From positions 1 through 33,651 of the forward strand of contig JAZUOE010000088.1 of assembly GCA_045604505.1 (NCBI GenBank): DNA of 33,651 bases. Reading direction: 5' to 3'. Below are positions 18,044 through 26,942 of the stretch, one piece after another. How positions within the stretch are numbered: position 1 is the stretch's first letter; every line of letters begins with the position of its first letter. The notes beneath the pieces are model-generated. The model ran no database searches and was not told the DNA's origin. It saw nothing but the letters and a program-made list of their open reading frames with translations. The DNA comes from Ruminiclostridium sp. GTDB taxonomy: Bacteria > Bacillota > Clostridia > Oscillospirales > Ruminococcaceae. A program made the position numbers and the translations under genes.

Positions 18044-21000
18044 ATGAAAACAAAAAAAGAATAATCGAAGAGGCAATCGAAAATATAGATGATAAATACA
18101 TAAACGAAACTGCTGAAACAATGAAAAAACATTCAGGCAGACAGATACAGTTCACAGAAGTTATGGTTGAAAAACCGACTCCTGATAAAAATTCCGGTCT
18201 GAAACGTGCCATAAAAATCACTCTTTCTTCTGCCGCAGCACTTGCAGCCGTAGTTGGCACAGGATATGTACTGCGCAATGTGGATTTACGTGAAGAACCG
18301 CCCATAAATCCCTCTGTTTCCGACACCTCTGTTTCTACCGATATAACAACATATACTCCTATAGATACTTTAACCCCTACCGATATTACAACTATTTCTG
18401 CGAAAAATCCTGATAGCAGTGAGTTTATTCTCCCTGAGGGAGAGTATGTGCATAAAAGCAGTGATTTTTCATACGCACGTGCGGATATGTACTACTATAA
18501 GGAAACAGAAACTGCGGTTATACAGTTTTTCTCATTTATTGAAGACCGCATAGTATATCAGCTTGAACTTAACCTTGTTGGTAGTAGCGTGGGAGAGGTT
18601 ACACCTGAAATAAAGGCTTGTGATTTCTTTGATGCTGATGTACTTGTGTTATTTGTTCCGCAAAAATCCGAAAATGGCGGCATAGACTACAGACTTCAGT
18701 TTCTGAAGTTTTATGAAAATACCGTTTCCACTATCACCACAGAAGATAAAACCGATATTCTTGCAGACAATTATTATTACTTCACTTATGATTATGACAT
18801 GAATGCGTTCCGTATAAAATACGGTGGAAAAACCACTTCTTACTTAATTGACGCTACAAATGATATAGTAAAGAAAACAGAGCTTTTCCCTCTTGACAGC
18901 GATAATACGCCAAGCGAACCCAAAGGTCTTTCATACAACAGAGGAACGCAGGTTTTTGAAGATGTATTCTACGGCTTATGGGAATGTACATACGGCGGAA
19001 CTGCCGAAACGGACATTACAGAAGAGCTTGATATTAAATTTTCATATTATGGTGATGTGTCATTTGAAAGCTGGTCAAATTATGACAGTGCTGTTGCAGA
19101 GGACGAAAACGGCTGGTATATAAGCGGCATAAGCGGCGGCGAGTGTGTTCTTCATTATATATCAAAAGATGACCCTGAAACCATGTACTCTCTGCCTTGC
19201 GCAATAGAACCTTCTTGGCCTAAAAGCGAGTATTTTAAAGTGTACAAAAAAGTTTTCGGCGGTAATAATTTCATTATCGAAGAAGGAAGTCTTACCTCTA
19301 GAGGTGTAACAAAATTTGAGGAACAAACAGGCTTTAATATTTCCGATATGGGAGATGTTGTCACCGACGATAACGGAAAACAATGGCAAAGCTGGTACAA
19401 TCTTGGAGCGTACGGCACAGGAAGAGTTATACTTGACCCATTTGACCCGTACGAGGATAAAATGTCATATTCTCTTCTGTATTGTGACGCAAATTTTGAC
19501 ACAGTGAATTATCAGGAAAATGAAGAACCCCCTGTCAGCTACCTCACCTTCAAAGCCGAAAAAATAAACGGAAAATGGGAAGTAACAAGCATACTGCCTA
19601 ATCCTGACATACCTGTTACAGAGGACGTTGATATTATTAATCCCGACGAGCTAGAATTTTCCTTTAATACCGATATTTTTGAACGAATTTTCTACGGCAG
19701 GTGGGTAAATGAAAATCATTACCAAAAGGAATTTAAATTCACATATACCGGTGATTCATCAACTGAATATTTTTCACGCTACACCGATTTTATAGCTGAA
19801 GATGAACGAGGCTGGTATATGAACGGTATCGCTGGTGGACTTGGTACACTTATGTTTGTCCCTAAAGACAATACCAATATCATGTACTATTATAGCGACT
19901 TAGGTGGCTCCGTTTCAATTGATGACTATAACGGTATATTCTACAAAGAAACATACTACGAGGAAACAGAAATCCATAACGGCTGCAGCCTTTCCGCACG
20001 AGGAATAGACAGAATAAATGAACTTACAGGCTATCACATCGGCACAACACCTGACCAGGTTGTTGATAAAAACGGAAAGAAATGGCAAAAGTGGAGTGAC
20101 CGTGAGCGTATGAGTTCGGGAAAAACATATCTGAAAACGTACAGTGAAGATATGATTGAGTACTCTCTCCTTTATGGCGACGGTGAATTTGACCTTCCTT
20201 CATTTGACATATCAGAGGGATATCCCGAAATTTGCTACCTCTCATTTAAAGCCGAGAAAAACGACGGACAGTGGCAGATTACTGAAATAAGCGAATTTGA
20301 TGAAAAGCTGGAATTTATTGATTTTAACGGCAGCAATTCAGATTACGAAGACCGTGTATTATCCCTTACTTCAATAATAAATCAGGATATAGAAGAAATG
20401 GGTGGCGGCGACCTGAGCAGTCCTGTAATTGAAACAGAATATTTCCACACAAATGACGGACACTATTATGTACTGCGCCGTCTTGGAAACAATATGGCAT
20501 TGCAGCCTGAATTCTGTGAATTCTACTACTACAATGGCTATGATTATGCGCTTATCCATAATCAGATGGGTTATCTTAAGGCAACTGTGCTGGACGATGT
20601 TCTTTATACATTTACCCAAGATAATATCGGCGTTCATATCATAGCATTCAAGGACGGAAAAGGAATCAAAAACACAAGAGTTGTAAACATGGATAATCTT
20701 TACACGATGTATGATATTTCCGCCGAAAAAATAGGAGATTATCATCTTGTAACCGTTACGGACTATACAGACTCCAGAGGAACGCCTCAGGTTTATGAAT
20801 ATATCTTCACAAACACCCCCTTAAGCAACTTTACAATTAACGATGAGGGAACAGAACTTACCATTGATGAAGATAAAAAGGGATTTTCAGCCGTTATTGA
20901 CGGCGAGAAAATTTATTACCGTGCTGACAGCATGAAACTTGAGGACTGTCTTTGGCACTTAACAACACAGGCTGAACAGATATGGTATTCATCGATGATA

Positions 21001-21393
21001 TTCAATGTTTCAAGAAATTATGATGATACTATATGGGGCTGTGATGATTATGAACTGGGGTATTTGTGTGATTATTATGAATTTTATGAATATCTGTCAA
21101 GTATATTTACCTACGGTTTTTATAATGAAATAACAGATAATTCAAATGTACAATACACCTCACATCTGAGCAAAATATACTGTAATTCTTTTTCAAGAAA
21201 TGAAAACAGCGAGGTAGGAAAAATTACCTACGTAATTCAGAACAACAAAGGTGCTAAAGCGGAGATACTCTGCACTGCATACCGCCGTGATGAAAACGGT
21301 ATTACAACAGACGAGGTTTATGAAACCTACATTATCCCTGTTGAAAGGGACGAAAATGGTTGGCGCTTAGGTAAATTCTATAGCCCAAGATAA
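18040..21393 (+). CDS. Large putative anti-sigma / surface sensor (1117 aa) with internal duplication
   Basis: ATGA overlap; IENIDDKYINE N-terminus, one TM, Thr/Pro linker, two ~235-aa repeats, C-terminal IseA-like pattern. Confidence 0.72.
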   Translation: MNENKKRIIEEAIENIDDKYINETAETMKKHSGRQIQFTEVMVEKPTPDKNSGLKRAIKITLSSAAALAAVVGTGYVLRNVDLREEPPINPSVSDTSVSTDITTYTPIDTLTPTDITTISAKNPDSSEFILPEGEYVHKSSDFSYARADMYYYKETETAVIQFFSFIEDRIVYQLELNLVGSSVGEVTPEIKACDFFDADVLVLFVPQKSENGGIDYRLQFLKFYENTVSTITTEDKTDILADNYYYFTYDYDMNAFRIKYGGKTTSYLIDATNDIVKKTELFPLDSDNTPSEPKGLSYNRGTQVFEDVFYGLWECTYGGTAETDITEELDIKFSYYGDVSFESWSNYDSAVAEDENGWYISGISGGECVLHYISKDDPETMYSLPCAIEPSWPKSEYFKVYKKVFGGNNFIIEEGSLTSRGVTKFEEQTGFNISDMGDVVTDDNGKQWQSWYNLGAYGTGRVILDPFDPYEDKMSYSLLYCDANFDTVNYQENEEPPVSYLTFKAEKINGKWEVTSILPNPDIPVTEDVDIINPDELEFSFNTDIFERIFYGRWVNENHYQKEFKFTYTGDSSTEYFSRYTDFIAEDERGWYMNGIAGGLGTLMFVPKDNTNIMYYYSDLGGSVSIDDYNGIFYKETYYEETEIHNGCSLSARGIDRINELTGYHIGTTPDQVVDKNGKKWQKWSDRERMSSGKTYLKTYSEDMIEYSLLYGDGEFDLPSFDISEGYPEICYLSFKAEKNDGQWQITEISEFDEKLEFIDFNGSNSDYEDRVLSLTSIINQDIEEMGGGDLSSPVIETEYFHTNDGHYYVLRRLGNNMALQPEFCEFYYYNGYDYALIHNQMGYLKATVLDDVLYTFTQDNIGVHIIAFKDGKGIKNTRVVNMDNLYTMYDISAEKIGDYHLVTVTDYTDSRGTPQVYEYIFTNTPLSNFTINDEGTELTIDEDKKGFSAVIDGEKIYYRADSMKLEDCLWHLTTQAEQIWYSSMIFNVSRNYDDTIWGCDDYELGYLCDYYEFYEYLSSIFTYGFYNEITDNSNVQYTSHLSKIYCNSFSRNENSEVGKITYVIQNNKGAKAEILCTAYRRDENGITTDEVYETYIIPVERDENGWRLGKFYSPR
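18930..20290 (+). repeat. Tandem duplication of a ~235-aa domain inside the 1117-aa protein
   Basis: VFEDVFYGLW/IFERIFYGRW, AEDENGWY/AEDERGWY, DDNGKQWQ/DKNGKKWQ, YSLLY, YLTFKAEKINGKW/YLSFKAEKNDGQW. Boundaries approximate. Confidence 0.85.
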
Positions 21394-21400
21394 CAGAAAA

Positions 21401-21426
21401 GGCGGTATCGCAATTGCGATACCGCC
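21401..21426. terminator. Bidirectional terminator (perfect 26-bp palindrome)
   Basis: GGCGGTATCGCAATTGCGATACCGCC between convergent genes. Confidence 0.8.
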
Positions 21427-21438
21427 CTTATGTTTTCA

Positions 21439-23283
21439 TTAAGCCTCAGGTGCTGAATATGTGAATGTGATTTCAATTGTATCTACTGTCTTCTTACCTA
21501 AAGAAAGGAGCTTGGGGTTAGCCTCTGAAAGGTCACCGCCCTTAATTCTTGCACCCTCAGGAATTGTAGGTACCCATTCGTTATAAAGGTTTGACCTTGT
21601 GCATTTGCCGTCATCAGAAGAGGTATAGTTTTTACCCTCATAAGCAAAAGGTTCACCATTTATAAGGATTTCATCAATTGTGATAATATATCCGGGGAAC
21701 ATTTCTTCACCGTGTGAAATACCGATTGCGGAGAATGCTGTACCCTTTACACCGCCAAGTTCTGTAAAGTCAAGACCGATAGTATATGTGCCCTCACCCT
21801 CAATTTTTACGTTGTTGTCCATTACACCCGCTGTTTTATTTGTGGGGTCATAAGTGTCACCAACACTGTAAGCAATGCTCCAGTCACTGCTCTGATACAT
21901 AATCCATGCAACTGCATATTCATCAGATGCGGGAACAGATACACTTGCGTTGATTTCTTCTTCTGCAGATGCAAGTGCTGTCTCAAGATTAGCTTTTGCA
22001 TTATTCTGAACTTCTGCATAGTCTGCAGGTTCATTTGCTACCTGTCTGTCCTTAAAAATTGCTGCTACTGTTTCATCAGATACAATACCTGAAGAACGCT
22101 TATAGAAACTGCTGCAGTCCCAAAGTACCGGAACATAGTTATAAAGGTCACAGTTATCGAGAAGATTTGCATAAAACTTATCAGTATCAGGCTTTAAACC
22201 GCTGCCGCTCTTCATAACTGCATATTCACCGATTATGATACCATAACCCTGGTCTGTATACTTTGTCAGCTTTTCAAAAAGTCCGTTCTGTTCTTCAAAA
22301 TCAGTAGGAGAACCCCACTGGTTTACAGCATCTGTACCACAGTAGTCCCAAGGTGTATAATAATGAACAGAAAGAAGAAGTTTATCCTTTGCAGTATCAT
22401 CAGGCATCTTGTATCTGTCGTCGCAAGTCATCTGAATATCGGTGTTATAACCTGCAATAAGTAAGAAACGGTCTTCATTCTTACCGCCTGTAGAACGAAT
22501 AAGCTTTACAAACTCACTATTGATTTCATGCAGCTTTTCGTAACATTCGTTTACCTTAAGTACACCCTTTGAGCCGGTAATATCAGAGTCATTAAGACGG
22601 TCGCCAAGCTCTTCGTTTGCAGATTCAAAAATAAGCTTATAGGAATAATCGCCAAAACGTTCTGCTATCTGACTCCACATAGCCTTGTAAATATCCATAC
22701 CCTGCTGACGTACTGTTTCATCTGCGGAACCGAACATTCCCCACCAGCCGCCGTCCCAGTGGTCGTTGATAATAACGTACATTCCTGCGTCAAGAGCGTA
22801 ATTAACAATCTGCTCTACACGGTCCATAAGTCTTGTATCAATTGTATAATCGCCGCTTTCAAAATTCATGCCGTTTGTCCAGGCTACAGGAATACGGATT
22901 GTATCAAAGCCTAAATCTTTCATATCCTGAATCATTTCAGGTGTTGTATAAGGCTGACCCCAGCCCATTTCAAAACCTGAGGGGTCCTGACCGGCAAGGT
23001 AGCCTTTGTGGTTATAAGCCTCAAGAGTGTTACCAAGATTGATACCATTACCCATTTTCTTAGAAAGGTCAAGAGCAGTCATTGCCTTAAGTTCTTCCTC
23101 AAGTGCAGCATCTTCACCGCTGCTTTCTGTATCCTTTTCAGCATCATTATTGTCTGTAACAACCGTGTCGGTTCCAACAGGGTCAGTCTGAACAGCAGGT
23201 TCGGTTGTTTCACAGCCACCAAGAAGTGCTGTAGTCAGCATACTTAACGCGGCAAACAGCGCCGCAGCTTTTCTTTTCTTCAT
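21439..23283 (-). CDS. Glycoside hydrolase family 5 (endoglucanase-like) lipoprotein with a putative C-terminal carbohydrate-binding module
   Basis: Lipobox LLGGC; GINLGNTLE, IRIPVAW, INDHWD, acid/base ESANE, VHYYTPW, nucleophile IIGEY, LWD; no dockerin seen. Confidence 0.92.
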   Translation of the reverse strand: MKKRKAAALFAALSMLTTALLGGCETTEPAVQTDPVGTDTVVTDNNDAEKDTESSGEDAALEEELKAMTALDLSKKMGNGINLGNTLEAYNHKGYLAGQDPSGFEMGWGQPYTTPEMIQDMKDLGFDTIRIPVAWTNGMNFESGDYTIDTRLMDRVEQIVNYALDAGMYVIINDHWDGGWWGMFGSADETVRQQGMDIYKAMWSQIAERFGDYSYKLIFESANEELGDRLNDSDITGSKGVLKVNECYEKLHEINSEFVKLIRSTGGKNEDRFLLIAGYNTDIQMTCDDRYKMPDDTAKDKLLLSVHYYTPWDYCGTDAVNQWGSPTDFEEQNGLFEKLTKYTDQGYGIIIGEYAVMKSGSGLKPDTDKFYANLLDNCDLYNYVPVLWDCSSFYKRSSGIVSDETVAAIFKDRQVANEPADYAEVQNNAKANLETALASAEEEINASVSVPASDEYAVAWIMYQSSDWSIAYSVGDTYDPTNKTAGVMDNNVKIEGEGTYTIGLDFTELGGVKGTAFSAIGISHGEEMFPGYIITIDEILINGEPFAYEGKNYTSSDDGKCTRSNLYNEWVPTIPEGARIKGGDLSEANPKLLSLGKKTVDTIEITFTYSAPEA

Positions 23284-23348
23284 AACGTTTCTCCTTGATA
23301 AAGGTTGATTTCATGCCATGTAATCCTTTACACAACATCTTGAGTTTT

Positions 23349-23377
23349 ATTTTATCATAAAATATACTTAAAATCAA
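23349..23377 (-). promoter_or_regulatory. SigA-type promoter of GH5
   Basis: Minus strand TTGATT-N17-TAAAAT with extended TG. Confidence 0.6.
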
Positions 23378-23425
23378 TAACAAATCTGACAATTTTTTAG
23401 AAGAATTTAGTACAATATTGACAAA

Positions 23426-23453
23426 AGGGGTATCTGCATTTGCAGATACCCCT
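23426..23453 (-). terminator. Terminator after the sigma 4 partner
   Basis: AGGGGTATCTGCA / TGCAGATACCCCT inverted repeat with a T tail on the minus strand. Confidence 0.8.
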
Positions 23454-23458
23454 ATTTT

Positions 23459-24703
23459 TTATGAAAGCTCATATATTGTCCCGTTTATAGAGATTGCCCC
23501 AATTTCAGACAAATCAATTGCTGTCTGACTTCCGTTTGCATGAAATTCCGTTTCAAAGCTGAACTCAATCTTTCCTGTTTCCCTATTGCTGTTTGATGTA
23601 CCTGAGGTAACAAATACCATTACATCTGAAACCGTACCGTCATTTCTGATTAATTCAACCTTTGCTCCTCTGCGGTCAACAAGTCCTACATAACAGGTAT
23701 TTTCCGAAAGCCCTTCCCTAACATCCATCTTACCTGAAAGTTTTCCACCAATACTGCTGATTGCTATTTCATCAAAAACAGTTTCAAGTTCACACATGCC
23801 TACGTCCTCATAAGAATATGTTCCATCGGGATTTTCTGTCATTTTATCAATATCCACCGAAAGCTTTGCTGTATTGCTTAAATCCTGTGCTGTAAGAGTG
23901 TTGACAGATTCTTCGGAAGGATTATAAACAAACTCAATGCTCCATTCAAGGTCAAGCACAGCTATGGAATCAAGATAATCCTGTTCCTCCTGTGTAAGCT
24001 GATATTCATCGTCACCGTAAGCCATAAAGGCTGTTTTTTCACGGGGAACCTCACCTTCAATAAGATTATGTGCGGGATAAAATCCCATACCTGAAATTAG
24101 CACGGTTCTGTCTGCAATTTCAAAATTCTGGTATATACCCGAAAGCTCTATTGACATTTCGATATTACCCTTTTCATTTACGTAAGTGTTGTAACCTGAA
24201 CCTGCTTTACCATTCGGGTAATCACCATCAATTTTCATTACTTCGGTACAGCTTGTAAGATTTGTTTTCGCCAGTAAATCTGTATTTTTAAAATAATCCT
24301 CAACAGGTGTGCCGTCTGCTCTTGCAATTTCAATAACTGTAATCAGGTTCTCGCTCGTACCTGTGACTCCCTTGAGATTTACAATATAGTCATCATCGGA
24401 AACTGACCATTTTATATTGTCGGCATTACCTATAAGCTGATTGCCAAGTTCATCGTTTTCGACCATTATTCTGCTGCCGAAAATCTCATTAAAATCAATA
24501 ATTCCTGCCGCTGCGGCACCAAATGTACCAAGCGTCAGCGCTGCCGCAGCTGCACATATTGTAATAAGTGGCTTTTTAAAGTTTTTTTCCTTTTTGTTTT
24601 TCATTTTACTCTTCCTTTCAATAATGCTGCTTCTGAAACTGTCATTGTCAGTTATAGGAACAACCTGCGAAAAGGAAGTCTTAAATATTCTCTTAAAATT
24701 CAT
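23459..24703 (-). CDS. Putative anti-sigma factor (DUF4179-like), partner of sigma 4
   Basis: 11-nt overlap with sigma; KKPL..AAA..GIIDF..IFG, KWSVSDDDY, DGTPVEDYF and INGT shared with 16164-17354. Confidence 0.72.
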   Translation of the reverse strand: MNFKRIFKTSFSQVVPITDNDSFRSSIIERKSKMKNKKEKNFKKPLITICAAAAALTLGTFGAAAAGIIDFNEIFGSRIMVENDELGNQLIGNADNIKWSVSDDDYIVNLKGVTGTSENLITVIEIARADGTPVEDYFKNTDLLAKTNLTSCTEVMKIDGDYPNGKAGSGYNTYVNEKGNIEMSIELSGIYQNFEIADRTVLISGMGFYPAHNLIEGEVPREKTAFMAYGDDEYQLTQEEQDYLDSIAVLDLEWSIEFVYNPSEESVNTLTAQDLSNTAKLSVDIDKMTENPDGTYSYEDVGMCELETVFDEIAISSIGGKLSGKMDVREGLSENTCYVGLVDRRGAKVELIRNDGTVSDVMVFVTSGTSNSNRETGKIEFSFETEFHANGSQTAIDLSEIGAISINGTIYELS

Positions 24704-25184
24704 TGTAACCCTCCTTGATAAGCAATTCCTTAAGCTGTCTGCGTCCTCGCATAAGACGGGTAGTTATGGCGGTTTTGCTCTCGCCAAGCAGACTGCATAT
24801 CTCTTTCACAGAATATTCCTCATAATAGTACATATACAAAACCGTGCGAAATTTCGGCTTAAGAGTCATAAGTAAAGGAAGAATATTGTCCCCCTCATTC
24901 ATAAAAGTGCAGCTATCAGCATTTTCTCCCAGTGGTTCTGAAAATCTGTACCAACGGGATTTAAGAAGATTTTTGCAACTGTTTGCTGTAACCGTAATAA
25001 GCCATGCTTTCACATTTTCATCTGCTGCAAAATACTGCTCTGAAGCATATAGTTTTAAGAAAACCTCCTGAGAAATATCCTCAGAATCAGCATAGCTTTT
25101 CGTGTAACAATATGCCACTCGGAATACTGTTTCACGGTAAAGACTAATAAGTCTTGAAAATTCTTGTTCTGTCATATTGTACAT
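24693..25184 (-). CDS. ECF RNA polymerase sigma factor 4 (paralog of sigma 2)
   Basis: DSEDISQEVFLKL, VKAWLI, YYEEYSVKEI, TRLMRGRRQL. The start could be ATG 25175. Confidence 0.93.
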   Translation of the reverse strand: MYNMTEQEFSRLISLYRETVFRVAYCYTKSYADSEDISQEVFLKLYASEQYFAADENVKAWLITVTANSCKNLLKSRWYRFSEPLGENADSCTFMNEGDNILPLLMTLKPKFRTVLYMYYYEEYSVKEICSLLGESKTAITTRLMRGRRQLKELLIKEGYNEF

Positions 25185-25209
25185 TCCTTATTCCATCGCT
25201 TTAAAGAGC

Positions 25210-25283
25210 CCTTCACTTATAAGACAAATCAAAATGATAAATGGTCACAAAATTATTATACCTCACCGGCTGAATTTACACAA
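25210..25283 (-). promoter_or_regulatory. Tandem SigA and putative ECF promoters of sigma 4
   Basis: Minus strand TTGTGT-N17-TATAAT (25283-25255), then TGTGAC-N17-TGTCTTATAAGTGAAGG (25249-25210). Confidence 0.68.
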
Positions 25284-25334
25284 CTTGTCTTGAGATATTC
25301 TGCTAATCATCTGAAAGCTGAATATAATTCAATA

Positions 25335-25375
25335 AAAATTCCCCGCAAAGCAGGTTGCCCTGCCCTACGGGGATT
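25335..25375 (-). terminator. Terminator after the sigma 5 partner
   Basis: Minus strand ATCCCCGTAGGGCAGG-loop-CCTGCTTTGCGGGGAATTTTT. Confidence 0.7.
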
Positions 25376-25379
25376 GCTA

Positions 25380-26411
25380 TTATTCAATTTCCTTTGTTAT
25401 TTTTTCAAAAACGTCACCTGAGGGAGTTTCTTCTGTCGTTTTAAGAATTTCCTCAACCTGTGCCGTGTTCAGATTTTCTGCTACTTCCATAACACCTGCA
25501 TTAGTTTGTGCCGCTCTCCTTCTCTGTGTTATGATTATTGCCGCTACAATAATCATAACTGCCGCCGCTGTAATCCAAAGTAAAACCGTGTTCTTATTAT
25601 CAGACATCTGACCTGTTGTTATCACTGAAACAGCCTCTCCTGATTCAGCACCTGCTGTTGTGTAATACCATTCCGGCTTATCGCATTCAGGCATTGTTTC
25701 AAGAGCTGCACCACCACCGCCGGGCATAATTGAACCGCCTATATCTATACTTTCCTCATCAACAAAATCAACTCTACCTGCATGTTGTATAGCATTCATT
25801 ATAGCGTCAGTATGTTCAAAAGCAACCATATTGCCATATTTATCATCACAATCATCAATAAGCGCCTGAACTTCGGAAACCGTTGTATCAATATCTATGC
25901 GGACAACATTTTCCCTTTCATAAACACCAATACCCCATGAAGAAACTATTCCTTTATCAGTCATTTCTACAAGCTGTGCCGTCAGCTTTTCCTTAACCTC
26001 ATTAAGTTCCATATAGGTATATGGCTTATAATCAAAAACAACCGAATCGTGATTTGTTATTTGTGAGAGAATTTCTTCCTTTCCCTTTTGACCGTTTTCA
26101 CCTGTAACAAGTGCAACTGTCAGCTTATCCATTCCGCCGTCTGTACTCCATACACCGCAAACATAATCAGGATACGGAACATCGCCTTCAGCAGTTTTGT
26201 ACCAATAATCGTACAGCTCCGAAAAGCATTCAAACTTCACATTATCCGCAGGGAGTAATGTTGTAGTTGTCACAGCGTCAGCAGTTTCAACTTCATACTC
26301 CTCTGCCATTGTTGTCGGTGCAACAGTTGTTTCACTTAACGCTGATGCAGAGATTGAAAAAATAACTGAAAATACACAAGCTGCCATAACAAAAAATATT
26401 GTTTTTCTCAT
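25380..26411 (-). CDS. Type-I membrane protein (signal peptide, ectodomain, C-terminal TM, cytoplasmic tail), partner of sigma 5
   Basis: ATGA overlap with sigma; signal peptide ending SASA; TM VLLWITAAAVMIIVAAIIIT followed by QRRR; ~48-aa tail. Confidence 0.72.
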   Translation of the reverse strand: MRKTIFFVMAACVFSVIFSISASALSETTVAPTTMAEEYEVETADAVTTTTLLPADNVKFECFSELYDYWYKTAEGDVPYPDYVCGVWSTDGGMDKLTVALVTGENGQKGKEEILSQITNHDSVVFDYKPYTYMELNEVKEKLTAQLVEMTDKGIVSSWGIGVYERENVVRIDIDTTVSEVQALIDDCDDKYGNMVAFEHTDAIMNAIQHAGRVDFVDEESIDIGGSIMPGGGGAALETMPECDKPEWYYTTAGAESGEAVSVITTGQMSDNKNTVLLWITAAAVMIIVAAIIITQRRRAAQTNAGVMEVAENLNTAQVEEILKTTEETPSGDVFEKITKEIE

Positions 26412-26932
26412 AAATCATTACCTCCGTTAAGAATGTCCCTTAGCCGTTTTATTGCCTTATGATATTTCCACATTACCGTACCTGCGGGAATGCCCATTAT
26501 TTCCCCGATTTCTCTGAATTTAAAACCGCCGTTAACATGAAGTACCACAAGTTGACGTTCATTTAAGTCAAGCTTTTTCAAAGCACGGTCAAGGTCAATT
26601 CTTTCTTCAGTTTTTTCTGTTTCTGCGGACAGAATATTTTCATAATTATCAATATCCGCATTGTTGTGTTGCTTTCGCAGAGCATCAATTGTGAGATTGT
26701 GCACGATTCTCATAAGATACGCTCTTGGATTTTCGAGAGAGGATTTAGGGGGATTGCGGTACAGTTTGACAAAAAATTCCTGCAATATGTCCTCTGATAA
26801 ATTTCTGTCCTGTGTAATTCTGTAAATAACAGTAAAGGCAGAGGTGTTAATCTCCTTGTAAATTTCTTCAAACGCACCTTTATCACCCTGACTTAATTTT
26901 AAAAGCATTTCTGAAAGCTCAACATTTGTCAC
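26408..26932 (-). CDS. ECF RNA polymerase sigma factor 5
   Basis: GDKGAFEEIY, SEDILQEFFVKL, FREIGEIMGIPAGTVMWKY. Start moved to GTG 26932 after the AAAGGGG RBS. Confidence 0.92.
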   Translation of the reverse strand: MTNVELSEMLLKLSQGDKGAFEEIYKEINTSAFTVIYRITQDRNLSEDILQEFFVKLYRNPPKSSLENPRAYLMRIVHNLTIDALRKQHNNADIDNYENILSAETEKTEERIDLDRALKKLDLNERQLVVLHVNGGFKFREIGEIMGIPAGTVMWKYHKAIKRLRDILNGGNDL

Positions 26933-26942
26933 TTCAACATCC

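Noticed and set aside
23284-23420. Possible ECF promoter driving GH5
   Set aside because: I found no copy of the bipartite ECF motif; a SigA-type promoter is present instead.
25164-25421. 85-aa plus-strand ORF across the intergenic region
   Set aside because: It overlaps both flanking genes; the region is explained by a terminator and two promoters on the minus strand.
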